Origin: Phoronis australis
Lineage: Eukaryota; Animalia; Phoronida
Direction: 5' to 3'
Length of the DNA stretch: 64,000 nt
Assembly (NCBI GenBank): GCA_002633005.1
Contig: NMRA01000060.1
Coordinates: 1,099,355 to 1,163,354, forward strand
Under the pieces are notes generated by a model, which was not told the origin of the DNA, made no database searches, and saw only the letters and a list, made by a program, of their open reading frames with translations. Numbering within the stretch: the stretch's first letter is position 1; each line of letters starts with the position of its first letter. A program made the position numbers and the translations under genes. This document shows positions 51,331-64,000 of this stretch, piece after piece.

Positions 51331-54300
51331 AAAATAGCTGCCAACACAACCTTTTCATGTACCCTCATAGTGTATAACATAGTAAACAATCCTATGTCCC
51401 TGATCATTATTCTTAAATTTGGGATGCCAATATTTCTTATTTCTAAAATTTGGTACGAGTTCTGACCTTGAGCGGAATAATTAATTTTCCCATTGTGCCA
51501 AACTGGAGAATTTTCACTGTAAAAGTATTCTTTTATTGCCATGCCATAGTGTTCCATTATCATACCATAATATTACCAACCATTTAATACATTCATGTCA
51601 GGTCACATTCAGCAAACAAGAGTTTGTTCAACTGAATATTGATTCCTACAGGTCACCTTAATGACATTGTCACCTCCTGCTATTTATTGCAGTCACCTTT
51701 AATATTACCTGTAATTCTTCCGTATCCACTCAGCCAGGTGTGCTTATCTTGTTCCCTCCAGTTTAATACTGCACATGTGCACGTATGCTTTTCCTTTGCT
51801 GGGAACTTTCTGCCCCAGTCCCGAGACCATCTAAATCGTTCTTGTTTTGCATTACTGCTGCTTGAAGCCTTGATATTTTATGTTTCATTTTTGTAATTAG
51901 TGTGAGTGGTATCCTAGGTAATGTTATGTTGAGAAATCTTTCAAAACTCCCAAAGGTTAATAGCTACTAACGATATTTACCTGAATCGCTGTATGCCCTT
52001 ACTGTTTAGTTATCCATTTGGCCCGAGTTCATCTCGGACACCTTTTAAGTGCAGAATCTTTCCCCAATCTCCAGTATTGCTGTGTTGCTAAAACTTTGCA
52101 CATCACCTTCCTGCATGATCGAAACATCTAAAAAGTACAGACCATGCTATGAATATATTAAAGGTGGACTATCAGCCTTTGTTGACACAAATTAGCGAAA
52201 CTAAATTATATGTTCCCAGGATATAGAGGGTACTGAAAAGGTAATGATTACTTTAATGGTACTTCATACCATTGTGATTTGGGTGAGGCTGGATTACCTC
52301 GTTAGGTGGGTTTGTTTTGGCCAAATTAACAACACACTTCAATTTAGGAGTAACAGTGGAATGCCTGTCTTCCATCACATGAACCAAATTGTGATTTGGA
52401 CCACTTTCTGCTAGGTCATTGGTCTCAAATTGTTCCTTTGTCAAATTTGAGGTGATTCAAGGGCTTGGGAAGATCTGTGACTTTGTTATTGCTTGAGTGT
52501 TAAGCTCTACAAGTTGGCTAATAGCCCTCTGTCTGTTCTTTGCAAACCCAAAAACAACGTAAGAAACAAGTTGACATCAACTGTGTTGCGGTAAGTGGTT
52601 GAAATCAAATGTTTGCTTCTTGGACGTAACATGGAAATCCAATGCAACTTGGTTCTTGTCCAATTTTTAACAAAAATGCGGGAAATTTTACTTCAATTAC
52701 TACTTTTGTAGTTTGAAACTGTATTTCCTTAGTATTTTAGGTGTCAATTGCCTGCCATGCTGTGTCCTAAATTGGTGAAAAGATTTGCAAAATTACCCGA
52801 GGTCTCGTGGTAAGTACATTAAAATCGCACCAAAATGGTATACAACATGGTGGACGAGTGAAATCGTATTTTTCTCTTTTTCATGAAAGGCAAGTCGCTT
52901 CTTATAAAAGCTTTGTCATTTTTTGAATTTCTGAAGCAAGCTAACATAAGACCATGTTTTTAGAAATTGGGACCACTCGTAGCAATGATAGGTTAAGTGA
53001 TTTGTTACTGATGTAAAAGAGACGAGACTAAACTTGCTTTGGCCATTTCATTTTGTAAGAAGTAAAAAGCTCGGCCATGCCATGCATATATGTTGAATGT
53101 ATCGTTACAGTATCTGTTTTCACAGCCCGGTATTGCAACTGTTAAGAAACAGTACGCACTGTACATCTATAATTGCAAAGTTTCTGTCCAAACTGTTAAA
53201 TATGCTTATTCCCCTATCCACAAACTGGCTAAAATGCTAATGTTTTTGCCAGCATGTTCGCCAGTAGAAGTGTATAAGAGTCAGTCATGTGCACAGTTGC
53301 ATGTGTCACTTCTACTGGCAATTTGAAACTGAAGAGATTTCCTACTACAAAAGACACGCATGTACAGAGGCATTTGTTTATCATTGTGTTTAATCAATTT
53401 ATTGTAGAGAAGGAATATGCTTTGACTTCAGTTTTCGCATTGAAAGTGATTCGTTTGATGTGAAAACGAATTGACTGCTGAGAGATTTGACCCTTGCATT
53501 TTTCTGGCTAAACGCTNGGGAAAGTAGGGTGATTGAGGAAGTTTGTATGGAATTCTGTCACATTTAGGGTTTCTATGACATCACTACCCACTTAAGGTTT
53601 GTTGTGACACCATTGACCTTTTGTCAGAAGCAACCACAACAATTAGTTTTGTCCAATTAGAATATTTTTTTCTGGTTCATTAGGATAATTACTGCCCACA
53701 TAACGATTACAAATGTCATTGAACTGAATCTCGTGTTACTTAAAATCGTTCACTCAATGACTCCAGCCATAACCGTAATTCCATATTTCATTTTGTGTTT
53801 TGAACATGATTAATAAATTGTGTAAATGTCTTGTACACACAGGTTAATGTTTACGTAGGGGGGTCAAAGGTTGTTCAGGTGAAGACTATGGTCTGTCTGG
53901 TGCATTCTGTCACTGGACTAATATTATTTTAAGCAGTGTGGATGACCTCTGTTTGTGTTTAGGGCAGTTGGTTTATTGGCCACACATCTGTTTGCTTGTC
54001 ATGCCTGCTTTGTGTATTGGACTCCAAAACTAGCCTGTCACCCCTGTCGGGTTGATATGGACTATTCCGCTAAGGGATTTTGACACACAGCACAAGCACA
54101 GCTTGAATGAAGTCACACAGGAAACTGGTGTGTAACACTATGCTCAGCAGGCATGTCTAGTAACAACTGGGTGAAAAAGTGGTGAGTTGATCTTACAACT
54201 GTGATATGTTGTTGAAGACATTTTACATTCATCTAACTGCATATACGTGACCAAGATTCTTGCTTATTAGTTGTGAGTAAGCCTACCTCAAGATACCATC

Positions 54301-56743
54301 TCATACCTTTGGAGATAGTCTGGTGATCAAGATTATACAGATCTGTGTTGTCCTAAATGCTGCTAGATTATACACTGACTATTATGACATGGTTCAGCAA
54401 AGGGACATCTCCTGCTCTGATTTTACTGGTTTGTATTTCATGTATACAATCTGGACTCAATGATTACTGAGGGATGTTGGGATGTAAATCATTGAATGAG
54501 CTGCTGGCCCGATTTGATGAATGCCCTACTCCACTATTCCTTTTACATTGATATGGTTGGTCGGCTTAGACTAGCCTGTTTTTCGGAAACTCTGTCAAGA
54601 GCTAGGCTTCACACTTCACAGCCAACGACTGATTGTTGTGTATTCTGTGGTGGCCTGCAATGTTCACAGGGTTATCATTGCTCGAGCTTCAAGGCGATTG
54701 GCAATGTTGCTGATTCTTATAACTCGCTTTATGCGGGTACCTGGCTGGTCCTGGTTCGATTACTAGTCGAGGATTGATTTGACTTGGTAATTTCGACCTA
54801 GTCTTGGATTCCCATTAAGTGTTTTAGTCGAAGACCTTTTCATACCTCTTTACTTGTGTTACCAGAAGACAGTCGATTTAGACTGTTAAAGAAGTTGCTT
54901 GAACCTTCCAGACCGGCTTCTGTAGTTAGCAGACAACCGAAGTTATCACCGTTTAATATGTGGATTGCTGAAGTTACTGTGAGATGACTCTCTAAAAACG
55001 TTGTGCAGGCATATTTTTGTTTGAAATTTTTAAGTATGACCAGATTAGAAGGGATGTTTATTGGTTCTAGCCACCAAACTCTCTTGTGGATACAAAAACA
55101 CTGAGTGTATTAAAAAGTATTACATAATTATTTCCTTTTTGCTTTGGTAATTGGAGACCTGATGAATATCTGCTTTATTGCTGGATGGCTGTGGAGTACT
55201 CAGTGGCCAACAGCGCCACCTACAGTTTACTTGTGCGATCAAAGTGGAGGGATCTTGCAGCATTTTTGGATTATCGTGCCATAAAATTACACTATTGTAA
55301 TGTGGGATATTTATTAGGGCGAAACCACTGAAATTCAAAAGATGACGATGAATTGAATCAGCCCCAATGTGGAACGGAACTCGCAACCTCAGTGGTCGCT
55401 GTCCAACACTTTACTGACAGAACTAAACCACACTCTATTTCAGAGTATAGAATTTTAAGGGTATTGAACTAGTAAATTTGAAAGCCACCGGCCCTCATTT
55501 CAGCGAATGCCAGACGGACAACACCGAGAATTGGCGATTTGTAATAAAATGATTAAACAACAACATATTTTGCTGTTTTGCAGTTCTGGTCAAAGCTTAA
55601 AGCAGCCTATTCCTCTAACACTAATCTCGAAAATGCATTTTTCGACTATGAAACCTTGGAGAACCCTGCATTTTGCTGTTTTCCTGTTTATCTGTCTGGT
55701 CCACAACCTTTCACATAGGGCCAGCCTTCACTGACTGCTGTGTTTGCTTGCTTGTAGAGGTTGTCCAGCATAGCTCACTTTCTATTATGGCCTTTCTGTG
55801 ATCCCTTGATGAACAATAGCTGCCACTGCTGAGGCCTTTAGATAACAACAGAAATCCACAGTAGTGTCAGAAGTAGACAGGTGTTTGCTGATGTTATTGC
55901 TCTTGTTACAGGGGCATCTTCAATAATGCTATTCATTGCTGTGCTATGATTAACAGGATGTCTTGGTTGATGCAGTGGAAATAGTGGGCATTGTGGTTCT
56001 TTACATACCAGTTACTTCTGTAGGTATCAAACATTTCAAGTTGCTATCCAGTCACGTTTCAGTGGAGGACTATGTATATTACTGGGTTCCATTTAAGTGA
56101 TGAAAATATTGAGTAAAGGTCTCTTTTGTAACCAAAGAACCGTCCGTACCTTGATGTGGAAAGTGTACAGCCGTCTTGCTAGTATTGGGCCAGCAAGGCC
56201 TCTTTGATGACATACACACCCAGGCCATCTGTCCAATATATGTAGATTGCCCTGTCCTGTTTTGATATGGAAGCATCATTAGCTATGTCCAAATGGACCT
56301 TAGTTGACAGACTGAGAGACACTTTCCTCCCATGACAAAGTCACATTTTTAGAGACACTGGAGTTCCACGATAATACAAATCAGGAATTCATGGAATTCA
56401 AATTCTTACATGAAATTCACAAGATTTCCAGCCCAATTTACGCATTTCGTTTGCAGAAACCATAATTCTAATTAATTGCCGAAATTTTGAGTTATAGATT
56501 GGTAAACAGCTGATCGGAAAAAGTAAGACAATTCCTAGATCATTTTTACATTATTAACTTGAAATAGCAAAACAGAATGTGTTAGCTTACAAAAACTGGA
56601 ATAGTACGTTTTCTAAAAGGTGTTTCTCTGTTTTTGAAAATGGAAAACAGATGTCTATATTTGCGCAGTAACTTTCTTCTCATCATTATTTCCTTGACTA
56701 TGGTGGTGGTAGGTTTGTCATGTTTGATAGGATGAGGATCTTG

Positions 56744-56879
56744 TATGGTGACTGTAAAAGGACGGCACGGCAACTTCTATGGATAGACTTAGTAAGTCTA
56801 TCGATAGAGTTAGTAAATCAACCGGTAGAGTTAGCAACAGAGAAAAAAGTTGCCGTGCCGTCCTTTTACAGCTACCGTA
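56744..56879. mobile_element. 136-bp MITE with TAY...RTA termini and 6-bp TSD (IS3EU-like)
   Basis: atcttg at 56738-56743 and 56880-56885. TIRs tatggtgactgtaaaaggacggcacggcaactt / aagttgccgtgccgtccttttacagctaccgta. Confidence 0.7.
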
Positions 56880-57644
56880 ATCTTGCGTTGGAGGCGGCCA
56901 TCTGGTGACTGCTGTGGATGAGATGTAAGAGCCTGGAGTTTTGGCTTGTTATCACTTCAACTATTGGCAAGGCTGTGTTTGAGCAAGCCACTTGGTAATT
57001 AGCGTTGATTGCATGACAAATATTAACATGCTAAATGCCATTTAGCAACAGAGTGCGTGATGTAATGCAAAGATACCGTTTCTTAACGGGGGAAATTAAT
57101 AAAAACTTTTATTTCATCATATTATTTAAGTAACACCGAAGTATTAATGGAAGAAATGGTATTATTTGTTGTTTTTTTTCTAAATCGGTTTGCGTAGGTT
57201 GTCTGAAATGTGCATCATTAATGTCAATTTAATGATTGTGTTCTGTCCTAATTTCTCAGTATTACTGAATGGCAGTTTCTACACAGTTCTGGGGTATGTT
57301 TCATAAAAAGTGAGGAAAGTGCCATTTCTGAGAATATACACATTAAGTTCTAAGTTACCGATTCTTACCAACTATTTCTCTCTCATAACTACATGACTAA
57401 ACCGTTATTCAGTTATTAAGTGAAGTTGGAGTGTAAGATCATTTTTCTGTCTTAAATCTTAAGTCATTTCTGTAAACAGAACCCTTGTCTTTTCAACATT
57501 CTCTGATTTCAAACGCTAACAGCAGTTCTTGAAATGCTCAAAATTATATTAGTATTCTCTGATGTAGCTGTTACTTTGGGCGTTTATTTGTAATAAGGTG
57601 GAGAGTCTGTTGACCACTGCTGCTGTGTGGTACTGATATGTGTA

Positions 57645-58256
57645 TTTCCCACTGGCTGAAGCTTTAGTGTTACCAAAGCTTTGGTCAAAGGGAACACTTC
57701 GGTCTTGAATCGAAATTTACAGCACGAGTTTAAACTCCGAAGTCAAGAGGTGGATGTTACAGCGAAGCGTCGATGCTTCGCTACAGTGGGAACACTTAAC
57801 TTCGATGCCATTGGAGTTATCGCAGGGGTCACTGCTTGTGTTTGCCAGCAGCAGGTGGTGAATGGGTAATATTTGTTAATGTTTTGTTATGATAATTATT
57901 GTTTTGGCGGTATGAGAATTCTGTTTCAATTTATCCTGGTATTTGCTGGATTTTGTATATTAAAAAATCACTGAATGTATGGTGTACACATAATGAGTTC
58001 CCTCCTTTGCACCTTTGTTCAGATTTACTGTTAGCCTACTCAAGAGTCAATTTTTAATTATTGTCCCAAAGTGGTATCTGTTGGCTGCCTTGTTGACGTT
58101 ATAGTTTCCATTTTGGGTGAGGGAGAGTTCCTTTCCCTATTTGATGGCAATCACTGACAAATACAGCAAGGCAAATGACCAGGTCATATTGGCGACTTGG
58201 CGTTGCCTTACTATAACTTCGTGATAGTAGCAGAGTTAACTGTATTGGAAAGGGCC
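57645..58256. mobile_element. Family B-related Harbinger-like MITE (left end also at about 27715-27800)
   Basis: tttcccactggct..gaagcttt..tgttacc.aagct is shared with 27720. Right end ggaaagggcc. Confidence 0.5.
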
Positions 58257-60039
58257 TTTTGAAAACTGATATTGAAAGGGGGTATCTGTGTTTTTCTTAG
58301 TCCTTGGTTCTTATATTTGTTCACCTTTTTACCCTGTAGACGCACTCCCCCTATTGAAGTCACAGTATTTCCCTTGACCTGTTTCAACGTGTCTCAGCAA
58401 TCTGTTTGCCAGCACTTGCAACACGCTTGAATGACCCGGTGTGTGAACAAATAGCGACCAGTTAGGAAAAATGGCGCCACCATTTCTAACGGGGTCTTCC
58501 AGAAAAATTATCCAGTTTGAGACACTCTAAATTTTGGGACTCTGAAATTCAAGTTGAAATTGCATTTTCTTGATTCTGAAGCTGAGGACACGGGCAATTT
58601 TGCAATTCCATCATATTTACCAAAAAATTTGGCAAAAAAAGAATGGTACATTCATAGCAAAACAGTGGTATCAATAAATGGCTAAATTTCATTTGATGTA
58701 AATGTTCAAGATGAAGTAATGTTACAGTTTTCTAAAATACCATTTGGTTTTTCGTTTTATGCAACTTTAATTTTTAAAAAATTCAAAAAACTGATATATG
58801 TTATTAGCCTGGCATGGAAAAGTGAAAGCAAATCCAACCAGCATTTTGGAGAGCAACGCATGAAGCAATGGTATGTAAAATTTTCATGAAAATCTCAGCC
58901 ATTTTTGAGGTTTGAAGTTGCAAAATTGGCCAAATTTGGACGTTTTTGTAGGGTTCTACGTAACGTTAGGATGGTGCAAACTGGATTTGCACTGCAGAGA
59001 ATATCAGCTGCCCACACTCCTGGCATGACTTGCATGGTGCTACTTTTTCACTAGCAGACCCTTACTTTGCTTGTGTACCACATGGCTTATGGTCTTCAAC
59101 AATATTCATTCATGTTTTCTTAACAAGTTGTGTAATGTCATTAGTCTGGTCAGGCTGGTATGCACTGCAATGATGTCATCAAGTGTTCACATCATGGTGT
59201 CTTTTGTGGCTTGTGATCAGCACCCACTCCCATACACTGGAAAGGCTTTCAGTGTGCCTCTATGCCCTTATCCAGTTCAGGTGGTTTCAATACATGTATT
59301 TGACTAAAAGTTATTGCACTATTGGTTATGTTATTTTATGAATAGGCAATGGTGGTCTATGTGTTGGCATAGCTAATTGCCTCTTCTAGTGGGTGATATT
59401 CCATTCACATTTGCCATGATCACTACATGGGACAGCTAATCATGTCATTATGTTTAGTAAGGACTAGTGATTACGTAATTCATAAATGGAAAAACACTGC
59501 TGCATTGTATGTTATCTAACATTCCTCAATATTCTGCCTACCAAAGAACTGTGACTGGGTGCAATAGGCTTTTCGGAAAATTTAGTAACTGTATATTAGT
59601 AAAGGTACAAGTATTTTTTAATGTTTATTGCGAAAAATATTATGTACAGTGTTGAGAGTTAAGCCCAAGCACTAGTTCAGTTATTGCAGAATAACAGTAT
59701 TTTGCCATCCATAGTTCAGTTATTGGAGAATAACAGTACATTGTCATCCCCATCCATAGCTTGATGTGCGTGTTATGAAAATATTTCTGCTCCAACCTTT
59801 GTTATTGCTCAGTCTTGAATAGGCATTGCTAGACGGTATCTTGCAAAGTGCTCGTTGCTGAAAATTTTGGACACTGAGCAATTTCAGTCAGTGCTCAGCC
59901 ACCATGTTCAGATGATCGTCAGGATAGTTTCAAAGTGCAGAATCCAAGGATTTTAGAGATTATCAGTAACTTTCATTTCTTATTATGAATATTTTTTGGG
60001 AAACGTAAATATATAAATCTGTGGCACGCTCACCAGACT

Positions 60040-60231
60040 TATAAATAGGTAAATAAAACAACAACAACGGATCAACTGAAATTTTTGGATGTAATAACGT
60101 CCTTTGTCAACAGAAACAGAAATAAAGTAGTGTTTGATTTTACTTTATTTCTGTTTCTGTTGACAAAGGACGTTATTACATCCTGAAAATTTCAGTTGAT
60201 CCATTCTTGTTGTTTTATTTACCTATTTATA
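60040..60231. repeat. Long near-perfect inverted repeat (arms of about 90 bp, 11-nt loop)
   Basis: ...ggatgtaataacgtcctttgtcaacagaaacagaaataaagta [gtgtttgattt] tactttatttctgtttctgttgacaaaggacgttattacatcc... Confidence 0.9.
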
Positions 60232-60723
60232 TTCTACATTTTGTGAAACAATAGTATCCTTGGGAGGGTCTGGATCGCTTTATTTATTTTCAGATTTATT
60301 TTCTACGTTATTTATAACCAGACTTAGAAATGTTTGCAATTTTCAGGGAAAGTTGCAAATTTCACTTCATTTCTACACCAAGGATGCCTCAATTTGTAGG
60401 ATTCTAAGCAAAATTCTGAAAACTTGTCACAAAATAGCTCCTGATTAGCAAGGAAATTTCTTTGTTTTTGTTTATCTGATCACCCATTTCTGAGGTATGA
60501 TGTTCCAAAGTTAACCAAATTTGGTCAGTTTAAAATTGCATTTTGTTGTTGCTCAACACAGCTTGCCACTATTTAGTATCAGGAAGACTGAATATCTCAA
60601 TAGTGGCAAGCCTTGTAGATCATCCAGGGCAGTGGAGAAACTTATCCTTGTACACACACAAACACACACTTACTCTCCAGGTGAGGCAATTGTTTATCTC
60701 TGACATTCAAGCTGTTCAAAGGT

Positions 60724-60752
<29 letters not shown>
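60724..60752. repeat. (CA)n microsatellite
   Basis: acacac... run. Confidence 0.9.
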
Positions 60753-60754
<2 letters not shown>

Positions 60755-61275
60755 GCTCTGTTGGTGATTGAAAACAAACTGCAGCAAGCATAACAACAGC
60801 TACAGTACAAGCCAAAAGTATTTAGTCAAAATGACCTGGAATTTCTGTTATGACGGCTATTGGAAAGTGGAAGTGAAATTCGTCGCACAGTAGACTTCCT
60901 TCATGACGTAGAATGAAGAGGAATCAGCAGGAAAGTGAATAAGGTAGCTTAGCCAATCACGTTTCCTGTTAACAGAATTAGCCATCGTGACGAGAAAACG
61001 ATATTTTGTCTGATTACTTTCGTCCTGTACTGTACTGGATGGATGAGAAATTTTTCAAGAAGAAATGCATTTCAAAAGTGCGTCTGACACCTGATATCCT
61101 TATGTGTGCAATTTTATAGTGTTTTGTCTAGTTGAAATAATTTTGCGTGGGTTGTAATCAAAGGCATCTGCCAAGATCTTTGTTGTGGTCCATCGGTGGG
61201 GTCCAACAGCGCCACCATTGTACAGTCAATATAATCTTACCTCACGGCCGAGAAGAGCGGGAGTGCTGAATACGG

Positions 61276-61458
61276 GAATTAGAAGTGGTGCAAACTACCC
61301 TAAAACAAGTTACCTCACCTCGATAAGGTGAGATAAGTTGCCACAAATGGGGTATGTTCCACTACCTTAGTTTAAATACCCTCCACACAGTCCCCAACCT
61401 AGTGACAACTTGTTCCAGGAGTGACTTGTCCTAGGGTAAGTTTGTGTATGGACGGCAC
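61276..61458 (+). mobile_element. 3' part of MITE family A
   Basis: gaattagaagtgg...cctcgataaggtg...ctagggtaagtttgtgtatggacggcact matches 9960-10177. Confidence 0.7.
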
Positions 61459-61689
61459 TGAGGAGACTGTGATAATCACTACATAACAAAGTGATTAAAG
61501 CTACTTTAAACCGATCACTATTAACTGTTGTGAAATTACTCATAAATGGTTAGGTCAAAATTGAGATGATTTCAAAGCATCGAAACAAGTGTCTGGTTCG
61601 TTACTGGTTAAGTTCACTTGTTAGGGTGTGTTATTTTGTGTGTCGAGCATGTTGTCGACGAACAACAAACTGTCAGCTCTTTGCAAATC

Positions 61690-63506
61690 CACAAATCCCT
61701 TCTCTTCTGTCAGTAAGGAATGATTTGAGACCAATGTTATAGTGGTAAGTGACCCGTTTAAATAAAAACTTTGCTTCTGGGTCGGAACACGTGTGGATTG
61801 CGGTCTCAACGTTGGTGTCTTGGATTCTAAGAAAGCTTTTGATCCTGTTGATCACTATATAATTTTAAATAATTTTCGATTTATAGGATTGGCAAGGATT
61901 CACTAAATTGGTTTAGATCGTATCTCTCCGAGAGTTGCCAGGTTGTATCCCTTGGTGGACGTCTGTCTGAATCCAGAGCTATCAAACACGCTGTTCCCCA
62001 GGGATCCGTCCTGGAACCTGTGCTGTTTCTGCTTTTTATTAACAATCTGTCTTTGGTTCTGTGATAAGGATAGCACAGTTGATATGTATGTAGACGATTA
62101 CACTTTATCTGCTGTGGCAAATTCACTAAACACTGTGAAGAACAGACTGCAATCTGATTTAGAAAAAGTTGTTACTTGGTGTGGGGATAACGTGGTAATA
62201 AATACGGAAACAACAAAATGTATGAATATTGTCTGAGAGCAAGTCATGTTAGAAGTGACCTTGATCTTATCTGGCTTTTTCGGGTGCTCACAGCGCTCAA
62301 ACAGGTTGACAGTGAAAAGTTATTAGGTGTCTCTGTTGACTAGACCCTTAGCTGGTTTAATTATATTAGTGGGACTGTGTTCAAAATTATACACTGTCTT
62401 CGTCTTCTCCAACGCATATCACCATTACTTCCCACAGAAGGGTGTCTGAAATATTTCAGCGCCTGTGTGTTTCCTCTCTTTATTTACTGTAGTACTGAGT
62501 GGTCAGGATGCAATGCGAATTTGGTTTCCTGTGTCAGACTTATTCTGGTGTGTGTTTTGACAGTCCATCAATTCATGTGAAAAATATTTTGTATCTAAGC
62601 GTTGGTGTATGCTGCATAAATGTTTTCACAATAATGTAACTGTTGATATGAGCGACCTCTACAGATCTCTCTATATATACCGGTATGTTACATAGTGTAA
62701 ACACCTGTTAGTTGTAGTGTGAGCACCAGTTAGTGCGCATCAATAAAAGCAGTGCTAGTGATCCTGAAGATCGTTCTTTATTCACTCAACAGTAACAGAT
62801 TATTTATCTCCAACTTATTACTCCTTCAAAACACACCCCGAATCAGGACCGGATTCTCTTCCTCAAACAATTTTGTTGTCCCCAGAAACAAAAGTTCGTT
62901 ACACTCCAATTCCTTTTTTTCAAACCGTTGGAGAATGGAACGGTTTACTAAATAGCCCGAAGGGGGCGGATGGTCATGGTGACTTCAGGCACAAACTCAT
63001 CACTTACTTCCCCCGACATTAGAGAATCTCCTGTACTGTTTTTACTGTTTTATTCTACAACGATAAAGGGCGCACGTGGTGGTGAATCAAGTCCGTGAGA
63101 TATGGACGCTACTGCTATACACTTAGTACATCAAGGTACGGTTCTTTGGTTTCAAAAGGGATCTTAACTTGGTATTTTTATCACTTAAATGGAACCCAGT
63201 GATATACGTAGTCTTGCTTGTGGATGTGGGTATTATGGTTGTCTGTCACTTCCTTTAATGTCCTGTTTAGAATTCATTATGTATATCATATAGAAGTTTC
63301 ATCTATTTTTTAATTCAGTTTGTAAATTTAATTTGTAACTTTAATTTAATTTAACTTAATGTAATCTAATTTAATTAATTTAATTTATTGCTGTAAGAGG
63401 ATCAAGCTGTATATTAGCCTTTGGCTAACACATGTTTTAAACTGTATTGGATTTTATCCTTTTTTAATAAAATTTATTACTATTGTTATTATTATTATTA
63501 TTATTA
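61690..63506 (+). mobile_element. 5'-truncated, decayed CR1/L2-clade LINE (reverse transcriptase pseudogene plus 3' tail)
   Basis: Frameshifted RT motifs LDSKKAFDPVDH, WFRSYLSE, VPQGSVLEPVLFLLFINNL (about 61993), MYVDD (62084-62098) and LQSDLEKVVTWC..N..INTETTKCM. Ends with aataaa and a (TAT)n tail at about 63466-63506. Confidence 0.88.
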
Positions 63507-64000
63507 ACACGGGTTTTTAGCCGCTTTAAAAATCATACCCAAGACAATAGCACTTTCGGCTACGGCATAAAGCCACGCTTCCCACCTGGGCCGATACCTG
63601 AATACAAACAATACCTGAGATGGCAAATTTCCCGCCCGATTTGATGCCACCTTGGTCTCAAGAGAGAGTGCCTGTGTCCTAAACAGCTGATTTCTAGTCT
63701 CATGATAAACAGAACACTTGAAAGCACAGTAGGAACACTGCTGTGACAGGTGGTGGTTTTCTCATTCCCTTTTTTGTATGTACAGTTAATTATGGGAAAC
63801 GTTTTTTATGATATTACATTGGAGATTACTGTTTAGAGGCTATGATATTTATGAATGGTGGCTTACTGTTTTTGTGTCGTTATTGATTTTTCATATTAAA
63901 CATTCCAAGCTTTCGAAAAATGTATTATTTTGTGCAGAGTGGTAGAATGGTAGTTGTGAGTTGAAACTGAAATTTTGTAAAATTTCTCTGTGATGTCTTA

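Noticed and set aside
52470-52596. Strong donor GCG|GTAAGT at 52591 as another coding first exon
   Set aside because: All three frames hit a stop upstream before any ATG. It could be non-coding but is unsupported.
49830-64000. Next MAST exon (KELSLPRRG-like) and kinase exons
   Set aside because: Candidate acceptors inspected by eye (about 53407, 55757, 58339) gave no matching peptide. These exons probably lie beyond the window, though a very short exon could have been missed.

Overview
AT-rich eukaryotic (animal, probably invertebrate) draft-genome window: mostly large introns packed with non-autonomous DNA transposons (MITE-like), decayed non-LTR retrotransposon pieces, minisatellites, one 801-N gap and two haplotype-overlap duplications at single-n joins. 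Hidden in it is the 5' part of one + strand multi-exon gene, recognisable as a MAST (microtubule-associated Ser/Thr kinase, MAST1-4/dop family) homologue. Two internal exons support this: 27507-27675 (LHRACSEDVRQRRRESL) and 47748-47836 (ETSNLLKVRNAQLGHSAPNLS). The DUF1908, kinase and PDZ exons were not found and probably lie downstream of the window. The most interesting signal is a phase-compatible set of candidate alternative N-terminal exons (7330, 22853, 39981, 49719), a tandem 5' splice donor and a 15-nt frame-preserving microexon. Nearly all entries in the ORF track are spurious. There is no CRISPR array, no rRNA or tRNA gene, and no prokaryotic system. All homology calls are from memory of the families and were not checked by a search.
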